Made by a program: the position numbers and the translations under genes. This document shows, in pieces, positions 18,524 to 29,444 of a stretch of 45,458 nucleotides of DNA. The DNA lies in IMG/VR virus record IMGVR_UViG_3300032239_001406, positions 1 to 45,458 of that record; one strand, written 5' to 3'. The notes beneath the pieces were generated by a model. It made no database searches. It had not been told where the DNA came from and was given only the letters and a program-made list of their open reading frames with translations. Within the stretch, counting starts at the first letter, position 1, and every line of letters starts with the position of its first letter. Origin of the DNA: a virus. Its lineage: Duplodnaviria > Caudoviricetes.

Positions 18524-18867
18524 TGAGTCAACAAGTTCAATTAACTAAAAAAGTATATGGGAGAGGATTATACCCTCAAATAATTGATACAAAATTTAAT
18601 CAATTAATCCCTCCAGTTGTTGCAACTCCTTCTTCAATAACTGTACCTGAATTTTTTGAAGCATATGAAAATTTATTTTATGAAATTCCAATAGCTGGAG
18701 ATATTAATTCGCATGAATATTTAGTAGCTAGAAGTTCAGAATATATAGGAGCAGAAACTCAAAACAACGAAATTAATTCTTTATTAGATGAGATTAACTC
18801 ATTAAGACAAGAATTATTAGATGCAAATAAAACAATTTTAGATTTGACAACAAATAGTGTAGGTTAA
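18523..18867 (+). CDS. Small structural-module protein with C-terminal coiled coil
   Basis: TAATG-coupled on both sides; EINSLLDEINSLRQELLD. Confidence 0.75.
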   Translation: MSQQVQLTKKVYGRGLYPQIIDTKFNQLIPPVVATPSSITVPEFFEAYENLFYEIPIAGDINSHEYLVARSSEYIGAETQNNEINSLLDEINSLRQELLDANKTILDLTTNSVG

Positions 18868-21800
18868 TGGAAAACATAAGTGTTCAAGATATAAATTATG
18901 TAGCGGTTCCCGAGAATCAAGAATATACTCCCAAAGATGATAGTATACTGAACTCGGTCTTTATAATTAAAAACTTTGGTTATAAAGAAACTGACTATAT
19001 AGAAAACTATGTTTATTCTCCTTCAAATGAATTATTAGCTTCAAATTATAATTTTACTAATTATAGTGTAGAACTTACCTATGAAGGTAGTACTACATTT
19101 AATAAGCTAAACTTATCCCCTGAAACTGATGTTAAAGCACAGGGAATAAATCAAGGTACTGTAAATTCTATTTATTATTTTTATAGAAAATTACTTGGAA
19201 GTTCATCAAATAATAAATTTTTACTTAAAACCATTTCATCAGATCGTACAGAATTACGTGTTGTTCTTCTTTCTGTATCTGTAGATGATTTACAAACATC
19301 ATTTATTGCGTGGTCTAATGAAGTAAATTCAAGAAGTTATTATAGTGATTTTGTACTTAATTTTGGTAATAATAATACCTTAATTGGTGTAAATATTGCT
19401 TACGAAACAGCACAGGTTCCTACTTTATTAATTAAGTTATATGAACCTTTACCCTCAAACTATAACATAAACGATAGTTTTTGGTTAGTAGAAGAAATAT
19501 CAGATCCTATTACTTACGCTGTTACAATTGAACAAGAATTTATTAATGTAATTGAATCTAATCAATTAAGAGGACCAAATATTACTATTGATGTTGATGA
19601 AAAACCAAACTTATCAACACCTCCAATTACCTTAGCATCATTACGTTCAACAGAAGTAACTTCTTCATTACAACAATTAATATCATTATTTGATGAAACA
19701 AGTGCTGAAATTAATATTGAGTATGAAATGTCTTCTGGTTCAACAACATGGACTGCTTTTGAAAATTTTGTACATTTTTCCTCTGCTCAAGAACGTTTAA
19801 CAAATTTTAGATATAAACTATCATTAATAGAAACTTACCAAGCAGAAATCAATACTTTAAATTCTGTAGGGTCGGTTCCTTATATTTCTGAAAGTAAATT
19901 TTCATTACAAGGAAAACTTGATGAAGTAATTAAAAATTTTGATAATTACGAATATTTTCTTTATTATGCCTCTGCATCTTCTGCATGGCCTAAAATAAAT
20001 AATAGCCAACCTTACCAATTATATCCAATATCAGACCCAGTTGCTTTAACTTGGTTTGGTGATACTACATATGGTTCTACTTACTATGGAGGTCAAATAT
20101 TAAGTGCATCTGTTTATGACAGCAATAATCCAAACTATGTTTGGAATACAATGCCTACTTATGTAACAACAGACCCTCAAAATGCAATAATTCAGTTATT
20201 TATTTCAATGTTAGGTCAACATTATGATTATTTGTGGACGTACATTAAAGCAATTACTGATATTCAAATTGCAGATAACAGATTAGTACACGGTATTTCA
20301 AAAGATTTAGTATCTACAGCGTTACAGTCTTTTGGAATTAAATTATATAGTAACAACCGAAATAATGAAGATATTTACACTGCTTTCTTAGGTGTAACTC
20401 CTTCTGGTTCGTTAATTCCATCAACCGGTTCATTATTAATTACAAATTATGTAACTGCTTCTAACCAAACCACTCCCGATAGTGATTTAGTAGCAGAAGG
20501 ATATAAACGTTTATACCATAACTTACCATTGTTATTAAAAGCAAAAGGTACTTATAATGGTTTAAGAGCATTAATGAACTGTTTTGGTATTCCTCCTACA
20601 TTATTACGTATAGATGAATATGGTGGTGTAAATAAAGATGCAGCTCAAGTTCAACAATATTTTGAACGCTTTGCATTTCAAACAGATTTTCAAGGATACG
20701 GAAATATTAATGTTCCTTGGTTACCTTCAATGGCTCAATTCATTGATACAGGTAACCCTAATGTAATGCCTGATGCTATTGAATTTAGATTAAAAACACC
20801 AGGTATTCCTTCATCGGATATAATTGAACCTGTGTTTCAAGTAGGCGCTAATACTAACTTTAGATTTGGTATTCAACTTGCTTATAGTCAATCTTATAAC
20901 AATTATGTAAGTGGTACTATTACATCCCCTGCATCTCCATATTATAATCAAAGATTAGGGGGTAATTTTCAAGAATATGGTTTAATGAAATTAGTAATGT
21001 CTGGTTCTCAAGGATATTGCTACAGTGCTCCTATTTATCTTCCATTTTTTAATAGTGGATGGTGGAGTATTTTATTATACAGACAAAATGGTGCTGCCGA
21101 TAATATATCGGATAACACTTATTGGGTAGTAGCTAAAAATTCAATTTATCAAGGTGAAGATGGTTCAACAGTAGGTTTCCAAGCATCTTCATCAATATAT
21201 GTTATGGGAGCTATTTCATCTTCTTATAACAATTCTTGGAACTACTATAATCCTACTCCTGTAGTATCTGCTTCTTTAATTCCTTTAGACGCCTATTTAG
21301 GTGGTACTAATAGTAATGGTGTATTAGCACCTAATGGAGTTGCCTTTACAGGTTCTTTCCAAGATTTAAGATATTGGAGAAATGAATTAGGATTAGAATC
21401 ATTTAATAAACACGTTTTGAACCCTATGTCTATTCAAAATAACGAATATTCAGGTTCAGACGATTCATATAACGATTTAGTTTTCCGTTTAGCGTTAGGT
21501 AATGATTTAATGACTGTTCCTAACGGACTTGCCTTTACCGGTAGTTCTTATGGTTTAGATCCATATGGAAATGCTTATTATGTAACAGCCTCATACACTG
21601 CATCAGCAGCTGTGTTACAATCAATACATCCAGCAATTACAGGTACAGTAGCTACAACAGCTTCATTTATTATTCCATATAATCCTTCATCTTACGATAT
21701 TGATATGTATGGAGTTTATAGATATGATCTTACACTAAGTGGAAGTGCCTTTAAATATAATGGTTCTTACTATAGTGGAAGTTATTATACTGGTTCTACA

Positions 21801-24572
21801 AGTTATCATGTATTTGCTTTATCATATGGTGTAAATAATTCTGGTAGTGCCGGTGATACTACTTATTATGCTTTATTAAATGAACCAAATGTAGGAGCTA
21901 TTACTACAGTAAATGATAAGGTAAGAGTTGTTGATCAACATATAATAACAGGAAGTACATTATCTCCTTTTATTACCATTACTCAACCACAATTAAATCC
22001 CTTTACTCCAGATTTACCTTATGTAGATGTAAGTTTATCTCCACAAAATTCTATTGATTATGATATTATCAATCAATTAGGATATTGGAATATTGATGAC
22101 TATATAGGTGATCCTTTAGATGCAAGAAGTACTTTTTATCAAAGACTTGCACAATTAAGAAATTACTATTTTAAAAAATATATTCAAAAATATAGCGTAA
22201 TAGACATTATGCGTTTATTAGGTTATTTTGATAACTCATTATTCAAAATGATTAAGGATTGGGTTCCTGGACGTGCTAGTTTAGCATCTGGAGTTATAAT
22301 TCGTCCACATATCCTTGAAAGAGTTAAAATGCAGAGATTTGAACCTGACTTTTACACAGGAAGTTATTATACAGGGGCAATTCCAATGGAAAAAATTTCT
22401 GCTAGTTATAGTTATCAAGAAGATGGAATTACATTTAACTATAATTATACAACAGCAGCACCAAATGTTCCAACTACAAATTCTGTAACATCAACGTTTA
22501 CAACTGCTTCGGGAATTTATGTTTATAATGTAAATGACCAAATGTCTCCATATAATGGTACTTATGGTGGAAGCCAAATATCAGTTTACCATTTACCTAC
22601 TTCAAGTATGGTAATGGAACTTAACAACTTAGATTTTCTTGATATGCCTGTTGTAGATCAAGTTCCAACAGCTGTTACTTATTCTGTTTTACCTTTTTTA
22701 CCTACATTAAACACAGTAGAAAATGATAGAAAAAGTAATAAAAAATTAGATGTAGATTATTCATCTAATCCTAACGTAGCAGTAAACAACTATTATATCA
22801 CTCAAAGATATGATGGTGGTTTAACAGGTTCAACTTCTGCTCCAGCTGATTCTCAATTAGCATTATCTTTATCTCAACAATCATCTTCATTCTTAAACGC
22901 ACCCGTTCAAGATAGTAACTATACAATGAAACCATTAATTGATTCAAGATATAATGGTATTAAATTAATAGCAAGACAATATAACACTTATTCTGTTGGA
23001 GATATATCATATGGTAGCTCACCTGTTATTAGTAAAAATTCAATTTATTTTGCCTACTTTAAAGAAGTAGTAGGTACAGGTTCATGTATGGCTATAACTT
23101 CTTCAACTCTTCCTTATATTAGTAATGTTTATACAAAGTATTTAATTGATGCTCAATCAAATGTACTTGAATTAACAAAACAAAATAAAAACGTATTTTC
23201 AATACAAGAAATATTTAATGATCAACAAGCCGTTATTTCATTATTTAACAACCAACAACCATCAAATCAAATTTTCTTAGATGGTTTAAAAAATATATAT
23301 GCTGGTGGATTTAGATATACTCCTATATTATATAATCCTTATGGTGAATCAACATTAAGCTACGCACTTACTGCCTCAGTAGTCCAAACAATTCCTGCCG
23401 CTGGTGAGGGTGGAATGTATAATGCTTCCCAAGCATCATCAGTATGTGTTATTTCTAATAGTCCGGGAATAACATCTAGTGTATATAATTATGGATATAC
23501 AACATATCCTTATCCTGGAGGATATACTAATGTAAATGCTCAAGTTTATCCTACTTTCTCAGTACAAAGAACAGGAGATTTAGCAACTACTTATATTGAT
23601 AAAGCAATAAACGTATATGTTGCTTTTACTGGTAGTCTTAATTTTTCTGCTAAATTTTCAACAACTCAATATGGTGATCAACCATTTATTAATGTTTCTA
23701 CAAATTATAAATTAGCAAACTTTGTATCAAAATCTAGCATAACAGAAGATGATGGTGCTTATGCTTATGGACAATTTTATGGTGAAGCTCTAATTACTAT
23801 TCCTGCATATACCTATGAAGTTACTTTTCAGGGAACTGCAATTTCTATATATGCCAATAACGGATATGGTTATAATGGTGGTACTTTATTTTATCAGGGA
23901 TATGTAAATGTAGGAAGTTTCCCTCGTTCTTCAAGTTTTTACAATGGTGGTGCTGGTAATGCCTATGCTATTACTTCACAATCTACTTCTACAATTACTA
24001 ATATTATATCAGGAGCTATAGACCCGGGATATAACAATGGGGCTGCTTTCTTTATAAGAGATACAGGTTCATTTAATGTTTTAACTGGTTCTGTTTCTAT
24101 GTCTTACTGGTATGGAGAATTTTTCCAATCTGAATCTTCAGCAGCTATTGCTGGTGGTTATGAAAGAATAGAAGAAGTATATAGTATTAAAAAAGGAGAC
24201 TTGTTTAGATTTTATAATAAAGAAAGTGGACAATTTGATCAATCTTTTGAAAGAGAAGTTAAAGATATTTTTATTCCTTCTCAAACATCTATTTTAAACG
24301 GTGGGAAACCTATGACTATTGAATTTAATAATCAAGTTGATCCTCGTTCATGTCAAGACTGGTCAACTGCTGCAGATAATAACACTGCACATCAAATTAA
24401 TAAATTCATCATAATGAGAAAACTTCCCGATGAAACAAATATTACACTTAATTATCAAAAACAACCAGGTTTAACCTCAGATGGTATAATTATACCAGCG
24501 GATGCCCCTGCAAGCTTAAGAGATGAAGCAGGTAACATTGTAAAACAACTTAAAGCACAAAACTTAATTTAG
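18867..24572 (+). CDS. Very large baseplate/tail structural protein (1901 aa)
   Basis: YKRLYHNLPLLLKAKGT..GLRALMNCFGIP..LRIDEYGG (baseplate wedge/P2 gpI-like), LamG-like FTGSFQDLRYW, FKMIKDWVPGRASLASGVIIRPHILER. Confidence 0.75.
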   Translation: MENISVQDINYVAVPENQEYTPKDDSILNSVFIIKNFGYKETDYIENYVYSPSNELLASNYNFTNYSVELTYEGSTTFNKLNLSPETDVKAQGINQGTVNSIYYFYRKLLGSSSNNKFLLKTISSDRTELRVVLLSVSVDDLQTSFIAWSNEVNSRSYYSDFVLNFGNNNTLIGVNIAYETAQVPTLLIKLYEPLPSNYNINDSFWLVEEISDPITYAVTIEQEFINVIESNQLRGPNITIDVDEKPNLSTPPITLASLRSTEVTSSLQQLISLFDETSAEINIEYEMSSGSTTWTAFENFVHFSSAQERLTNFRYKLSLIETYQAEINTLNSVGSVPYISESKFSLQGKLDEVIKNFDNYEYFLYYASASSAWPKINNSQPYQLYPISDPVALTWFGDTTYGSTYYGGQILSASVYDSNNPNYVWNTMPTYVTTDPQNAIIQLFISMLGQHYDYLWTYIKAITDIQIADNRLVHGISKDLVSTALQSFGIKLYSNNRNNEDIYTAFLGVTPSGSLIPSTGSLLITNYVTASNQTTPDSDLVAEGYKRLYHNLPLLLKAKGTYNGLRALMNCFGIPPTLLRIDEYGGVNKDAAQVQQYFERFAFQTDFQGYGNINVPWLPSMAQFIDTGNPNVMPDAIEFRLKTPGIPSSDIIEPVFQVGANTNFRFGIQLAYSQSYNNYVSGTITSPASPYYNQRLGGNFQEYGLMKLVMSGSQGYCYSAPIYLPFFNSGWWSILLYRQNGAADNISDNTYWVVAKNSIYQGEDGSTVGFQASSSIYVMGAISSSYNNSWNYYNPTPVVSASLIPLDAYLGGTNSNGVLAPNGVAFTGSFQDLRYWRNELGLESFNKHVLNPMSIQNNEYSGSDDSYNDLVFRLALGNDLMTVPNGLAFTGSSYGLDPYGNAYYVTASYTASAAVLQSIHPAITGTVATTASFIIPYNPSSYDIDMYGVYRYDLTLSGSAFKYNGSYYSGSYYTGSTSYHVFALSYGVNNSGSAGDTTYYALLNEPNVGAITTVNDKVRVVDQHIITGSTLSPFITITQPQLNPFTPDLPYVDVSLSPQNSIDYDIINQLGYWNIDDYIGDPLDARSTFYQRLAQLRNYYFKKYIQKYSVIDIMRLLGYFDNSLFKMIKDWVPGRASLASGVIIRPHILERVKMQRFEPDFYTGSYYTGAIPMEKISASYSYQEDGITFNYNYTTAAPNVPTTNSVTSTFTTASGIYVYNVNDQMSPYNGTYGGSQISVYHLPTSSMVMELNNLDFLDMPVVDQVPTAVTYSVLPFLPTLNTVENDRKSNKKLDVDYSSNPNVAVNNYYITQRYDGGLTGSTSAPADSQLALSLSQQSSSFLNAPVQDSNYTMKPLIDSRYNGIKLIARQYNTYSVGDISYGSSPVISKNSIYFAYFKEVVGTGSCMAITSSTLPYISNVYTKYLIDAQSNVLELTKQNKNVFSIQEIFNDQQAVISLFNNQQPSNQIFLDGLKNIYAGGFRYTPILYNPYGESTLSYALTASVVQTIPAAGEGGMYNASQASSVCVISNSPGITSSVYNYGYTTYPYPGGYTNVNAQVYPTFSVQRTGDLATTYIDKAINVYVAFTGSLNFSAKFSTTQYGDQPFINVSTNYKLANFVSKSSITEDDGAYAYGQFYGEALITIPAYTYEVTFQGTAISIYANNGYGYNGGTLFYQGYVNVGSFPRSSSFYNGGAGNAYAITSQSTSTITNIISGAIDPGYNNGAAFFIRDTGSFNVLTGSVSMSYWYGEFFQSESSAAIAGGYERIEEVYSIKKGDLFRFYNKESGQFDQSFEREVKDIFIPSQTSILNGGKPMTIEFNNQVDPRSCQDWSTAADNNTAHQINKFIIMRKLPDETNITLNYQKQPGLTSDGIIIPADAPASLRDEAGNIVKQLKAQNLI

Positions 24573-24587
24573 AAATTCAAAAACATT

Positions 24588-24595
24588 ATATTTAT
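24588..24595 (+). promoter_or_regulatory. Putative late promoter ATATTTAT
   Basis: Intergenic, upstream of 24615. Confidence 0.7.
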
Positions 24596-24614
24596 ATATA
24601 GTAAACAATAAAAC

Positions 24615-25277
24615 ATGGGATATTTAAATTCGACTACTGTAACAGTAGATGCAATATTAACAACAAAAGGCAGACAGTTATTAGCGCAAAATAACGGATC
24701 TTTTAGAATTACTCAATTTGCGCTATCAGACGATGAAATTGATTATACTTTATACAATCCAAATCACCCTTCAGGCTCTGCTTTTTATGGTGAAGCTATT
24801 GAGGCGATGCCAATCATTGAAGCATTCCCTGATGAGACGCAAATTATGAAATATAAGTTATTTACTGCTCCTCGTGGAACAGCAAAATTACCTGTACTTG
24901 ATATTGGTTATGCTTCAATCACTTTAAAACAAGGTGCTACTTTATCAATTACACCTCAAACATTAAACTATTTAGGTGCTGCAACTACATTCGAGTCTTC
25001 GGGTTATACAGCTACTATAGGTGACGTTAGAACACTATCTCAGTTTACTGGTGTGGGTGTTAATACACCGGAAGTAACCGCTTTAAATACATCTACAACA
25101 ATAGGAACTAACGTAAGTAAAACAGTAATTGGTACTACAATTAATATGACTGGTACTACTGTAAACGCATTGTTTGGTTCATCAGCAACTGCTCTTTATA
25201 CTCAATTAATTATAACAGGTAGAGATTCAGGTGCTCGTTTAACAGTTCCAGTAACAATCACAAAAGTAACACAATAA
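24615..25277 (+). CDS. Tail/baseplate structural protein
   Basis: MGYLNSTTVTVDAILTTKGRQLLA..ITQFALSDDEIDY, a tail-collar-like LTxxG motif. Confidence 0.65.
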   Translation: MGYLNSTTVTVDAILTTKGRQLLAQNNGSFRITQFALSDDEIDYTLYNPNHPSGSAFYGEAIEAMPIIEAFPDETQIMKYKLFTAPRGTAKLPVLDIGYASITLKQGATLSITPQTLNYLGAATTFESSGYTATIGDVRTLSQFTGVGVNTPEVTALNTSTTIGTNVSKTVIGTTINMTGTTVNALFGSSATALYTQLIITGRDSGARLTVPVTITKVTQ

Positions 25278-25283
25278 TAAAAT

Positions 25284-26405
25284 ATGAGCTACGTACAATT
25301 TAATCCTGAAGATTTTGTAGTAAGTGCGGATTCAGTTACGTCCACTTTATGGTCTAACTTTACTCCTACTTTAAAACAATTCTTCACTTCATCAACAGGG
25401 GTTGGTGGAACTACTACAGGATCAGCTAACTATATAAATGTATATAATTATAATCCTGCACTTTCAGCATCAAGTTCTGAAATTCAATTTTCTATCGCTT
25501 ATGGTAGAGTAGATAGTTCAGGATCTGCTCCTTATAATGTGTTAGTTCCTAATAATACTCCTACAAGAGTAACTTATGGACAATATAGAACGTTGATTAA
25601 CGAAGATGAAAATACAAATTTTAACTTTGGTAATAATAATACAAGTTCAGTTGATTTATATGTACTTAATATCGAAAGAGCTCGTTATAAAGACCATTTA
25701 TTTTTAGGTACTTTTAATTTAAATTTATCTGAATTAGATGGAACACAAACAACAAATCAATTACCAACAGTTGGTAGATCCATTACATTAACAAATAATA
25801 GTAATAATGTATCAACAGTTACTTATTGCGGTGCAGGTAGAGTTTATGATATAGTAAGTGGTACAAATGGTACTGCTATTACTACAACTAATGGTAATAC
25901 TCCTGGTGTTACTGCTGGTTATACTCCATCTGGTTCTTATGGTTGGTATTTACCTGATGTTGGTTTAATTTTATTAAACCCAAGAGCATTAGCTTTACCT
26001 TTTGCTTCTGGTGGTGTTAATATTCAACCTTATGATTCTCAAGTTACAACAACTAATAATAGTGATTTAACAGGACCTTCAGGATCAGTAGCTAAATTAT
26101 TTCAATCTATCTCTGGTTCTTTAAATTCAGGTTCATTCCAAATCAATAGTGAAGAAAATATTACTTCTGATTATGTATTTGTAAGAGTAATCAACTCAGA
26201 ATTTAATTATTCAACTAACCCATCTATCATTAGTGGTAGTGGTCAATTTATATACCCATCATTAGTAAATAACCCACAAACGTATATTACAACTGTAGGT
26301 TTATACAATGATACCAATGAATTGTTAGCAGTAGCTAAAATGTCAAAACCGCTTCCAAAAGATTTTACTAAGGAAGCATATATTCGTGTAAAGTTAGATT
26401 TCTAA
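25284..26405 (+). CDS. Tail collar/fibre-attachment-like structural protein
   Basis: C-terminal EFNYSTNPS...YITTVGLYNDTNELLAVAKMSKPLPK. Confidence 0.65.
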   Translation: MSYVQFNPEDFVVSADSVTSTLWSNFTPTLKQFFTSSTGVGGTTTGSANYINVYNYNPALSASSSEIQFSIAYGRVDSSGSAPYNVLVPNNTPTRVTYGQYRTLINEDENTNFNFGNNNTSSVDLYVLNIERARYKDHLFLGTFNLNLSELDGTQTTNQLPTVGRSITLTNNSNNVSTVTYCGAGRVYDIVSGTNGTAITTTNGNTPGVTAGYTPSGSYGWYLPDVGLILLNPRALALPFASGGVNIQPYDSQVTTTNNSDLTGPSGSVAKLFQSISGSLNSGSFQINSEENITSDYVFVRVINSEFNYSTNPSIISGSGQFIYPSLVNNPQTYITTVGLYNDTNELLAVAKMSKPLPKDFTKEAYIRVKLDF

Positions 26406-26408
26406 TGA

Positions 26409-29400
26409 ATGAGTTTTGCATACAAAACATTAAAAGGATCGGATACCACTCAGGCGCCGTATGTTGCTAACAAGCAATATACGTTCCCTAGTTCGTCTTT
26501 ATCAAGTTCGAACATTGTAGTTTATACTGGTGAATATGATCCACAGTACATTATAAGTGGTACTGTTTATAATGCTTTTGATCCAATAAACGATACTCAA
26601 GATAATGGATATTATAGAAGATTAATTTTTGATTCAATTCAGAAATTATATTATCAAAACTATATTTCCGGTTCTCAATCTGGTATGTTTTTTGTCTCCT
26701 CAGCTTATGATAACTACGACCAAACAACTCTTGTTTCAGGAGCGATGGCCGGAGCTGTAGTAAAAATATTAAATAATTACACAGCATCAGGAGGTAAATA
26801 CGGAACAGATTATTATAATACAGCAAGTTATGCTATTTTACAGCCAACTAAAATAAGAGTAATTTCAATCCCTCAAGACATTTATGGTAATGGTATTAAA
26901 CCAAGTACTTTTGCTATTACAAGTTCGACATATGATATTAGAGATGATGGGCAGGGAAATTTATATGATTATTTGTCCACACGTTCATTCTATGATGGAA
27001 CAGATAGATATCAACAATCTTATTACTCTGCAAACGCAGATGGAACTTATGTTGGGAATATAGTTTATTCTCCTGGTTTTGCTATTATAACAAACCCAGA
27101 TTATTTATGTTTTTATCCATCTAATCCTATAGCACGAAACGATAGTTATAATATATCAAACGTTGCTGAAGATAAAGTATTACCTATTTTACTTAATGAT
27201 TATGATGATTGTAAAGATATAGATGATGCTACAGTAATGACTTACCCACTAAATGGATATACTTTTCCTTCATTTTCAGTAGTTGGAGGTGAAATTCATA
27301 TTACTAATTGTGGTGTAAATAATTTACAAGTTACTCCTGGTACTTATAAAATATTATATACGGTAAAAAATACTGAAGGTATAGTAAGTAATAAAGCTAC
27401 TTGTAGCTTATATTTGCAAAGTAATAAATTTACCTCATCACTAATTCATTATACTTCAGGATGTTTTAATGAAGTAGCAAGCCAATCAGTTACATTTTCA
27501 CTTGATTTAGGTACTCCTCCTTATAGTTGGTCTTTAAATAATTCAACTTGGACAGGATTTAATGGATGTCCTGCTTTGTATCATCCTATTGTAAGTTTAT
27601 CTGTTCCTACTAATGATAATGTTAACATTTATCTTAAAGATGTAGAAGGAACTATAATGTCTTATTCTCTTGATACAAGAATGTTACCTACAATTCCTAA
27701 TTCAAGCCATTTAGACACTTGTTTAAATCAAAGTACAGGTTGGATTTCAGCTAGTGCTACTGGTGGATATCCTATTAATACACTTTCAGCTAGTATTCAA
27801 TCTGGTTCTTATAATAGTGGATATTTTCCTTTAATAGGGGGTTCTCATGTATTTACAGGATTAAATAGTGGTAGTTATACTGTTACTTGGAAAGACGGTA
27901 GTAATTGTACTACTTCATCAATAGAAGTTATTACAGTTCCTCCTCCAATTGTTGTTAGTGTTCAAGCAGTAGAAGCTGATTGTCCTAGTGATATTGGCAC
28001 CCCAAATGGTGGTATTGCAGTTAATGTAAGTGGAGGATCAGGAACTTATAATTATAGATGGTGGAATGGTTCTTCATTTGTAAAATTTGTAGAAGATCCT
28101 ACTGGTTTAGCTGCTGGAACTTACAATTTATTTGTAAGTGATAGTACAGGATGTAATGCTACTACTTCAAGTAATATTGTTGTTGATGCTCTTACCATTA
28201 TTGGTTTTTCCGGAGCAACACAAACTAATGTTTTATGTTACAATGGTACTAATGGTTCAATTGTTGGAGGTACATTAACTGGAGGTTCTGGAAGTTTATA
28301 TCCTAGATGGAATGGCCCAAGTGGATTTACCTCTACAAATATTAATATTACAAACCTATCAGCAGGTGATTATTATTTAACTGCTTCTGATAGTGCTACA
28401 GGATGTTACCATATATTTGGTCCTTATACAATTACCCAACCTACAGAATTTAAATCATCATCATTCATAATAGCTACTGCTTCCGCAACTCCTGTATTTG
28501 AAGCAACATTTGTTGGTGGTACTCCACCGTATATGGTTTATTTATATTTAAGTCCTGATTTCCAAACAGGTCATTATGTTACAAGTAGTCTTATTGGAGA
28601 ATTTGCAACAGCATCTTTACCACCAAATTCATGTTTAACATCATCTACAAATTGGTTAATGGATGCTTACGATGCTAATGGTTGCCGAATAACAAATTTT
28701 GATATTAATTATCTTTTAAATTTACCTGCTCAAGTAACACAACAGAATTTAGTATGTTATTCTACAGGTTCTGCTGATAATAATGTTTGTGGATGTGCTA
28801 GTGGAAGTTTAATCACATTTTACATAAGTGCCTCAAACACAACTAACCCAAGTGCTTTATTTTCAGATTACATTGATTTAATTGCAAGTGGAACTATAGT
28901 ATATGAAGACTGTAAATTATCTTCAAAAGTACCTTCTGGTTCTTATTATGGAAACCAAAATGTAGTTAGCTTTTCTCCATTAGGAAGTGGAAGTGTTGTA
29001 ACTTATGACCCTTGTCTTGTTCCTCAATATAATCAAGTAACTATTAATATTGTAAACTCACAAAAAACCACATCTACAACAAACGTATCAACTACTGTTG
29101 AAAGTACTAATCCTAATACTCACGTATATGAATTACTTTCATTTAATGCAGTAACTTCTAGCGTATATAATATAACACAAACAGGATTTATTGACATAAC
29201 TGCTTATGTAAATGAAGCATTATCTGATCCTGGATATATCACTACTACAGTTAACATTTCACAAGATGGACAACCACCACTCAATTACTATTATAATTGT
29301 TATGTTGGATTATCCTCTACTTTTTATATTAATGGAATATTTATAGACTCTAATTCTTATTATACTATAGACATAAACTACTCTGCAGGATATGGACCTA

Positions 29401-29426
29401 ACTGTTCAGAAACACCACCAGAATAA
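26409..29426 (+). CDS. Virion fibre/adhesin with Ig-like domain and SprB-type repeats
   Basis: N-terminal structural domain (VISIPQDIYGNGIKP, DDGQGNL, GNIVY); PIARNDSY..ILLND Ig-like domain; 3-4 repeats of C..G.I....GG..Y.W....L.AG.Y.....D..GC. Confidence 0.75.
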   Translation: MSFAYKTLKGSDTTQAPYVANKQYTFPSSSLSSSNIVVYTGEYDPQYIISGTVYNAFDPINDTQDNGYYRRLIFDSIQKLYYQNYISGSQSGMFFVSSAYDNYDQTTLVSGAMAGAVVKILNNYTASGGKYGTDYYNTASYAILQPTKIRVISIPQDIYGNGIKPSTFAITSSTYDIRDDGQGNLYDYLSTRSFYDGTDRYQQSYYSANADGTYVGNIVYSPGFAIITNPDYLCFYPSNPIARNDSYNISNVAEDKVLPILLNDYDDCKDIDDATVMTYPLNGYTFPSFSVVGGEIHITNCGVNNLQVTPGTYKILYTVKNTEGIVSNKATCSLYLQSNKFTSSLIHYTSGCFNEVASQSVTFSLDLGTPPYSWSLNNSTWTGFNGCPALYHPIVSLSVPTNDNVNIYLKDVEGTIMSYSLDTRMLPTIPNSSHLDTCLNQSTGWISASATGGYPINTLSASIQSGSYNSGYFPLIGGSHVFTGLNSGSYTVTWKDGSNCTTSSIEVITVPPPIVVSVQAVEADCPSDIGTPNGGIAVNVSGGSGTYNYRWWNGSSFVKFVEDPTGLAAGTYNLFVSDSTGCNATTSSNIVVDALTIIGFSGATQTNVLCYNGTNGSIVGGTLTGGSGSLYPRWNGPSGFTSTNINITNLSAGDYYLTASDSATGCYHIFGPYTITQPTEFKSSSFIIATASATPVFEATFVGGTPPYMVYLYLSPDFQTGHYVTSSLIGEFATASLPPNSCLTSSTNWLMDAYDANGCRITNFDINYLLNLPAQVTQQNLVCYSTGSADNNVCGCASGSLITFYISASNTTNPSALFSDYIDLIASGTIVYEDCKLSSKVPSGSYYGNQNVVSFSPLGSGSVVTYDPCLVPQYNQVTINIVNSQKTTSTTNVSTTVESTNPNTHVYELLSFNAVTSSVYNITQTGFIDITAYVNEALSDPGYITTTVNISQDGQPPLNYYYNCYVGLSSTFYINGIFIDSNSYYTIDINYSAGYGPNCSETPPE
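27700..28690 (+). repeat. SprB-like protein repeats (approximate bounds)
   Basis: LNSGSYTVTWKDGSNC; GLAAGTYNLFVSDSTGC; NLSAGDYYLTASDSATGC; GGTPPY...DANGC. Confidence 0.7.
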
Positions 29427-29431
29427 ATTTA

Positions 29432-29439
29432 ATATTTAT
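29432..29439 (+). promoter_or_regulatory. Putative late promoter ATATTTAT
   Basis: In the 18-nt gap between the 29426 stop and 29445 start. Confidence 0.65.
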
Positions 29440-29444
29440 AATAA

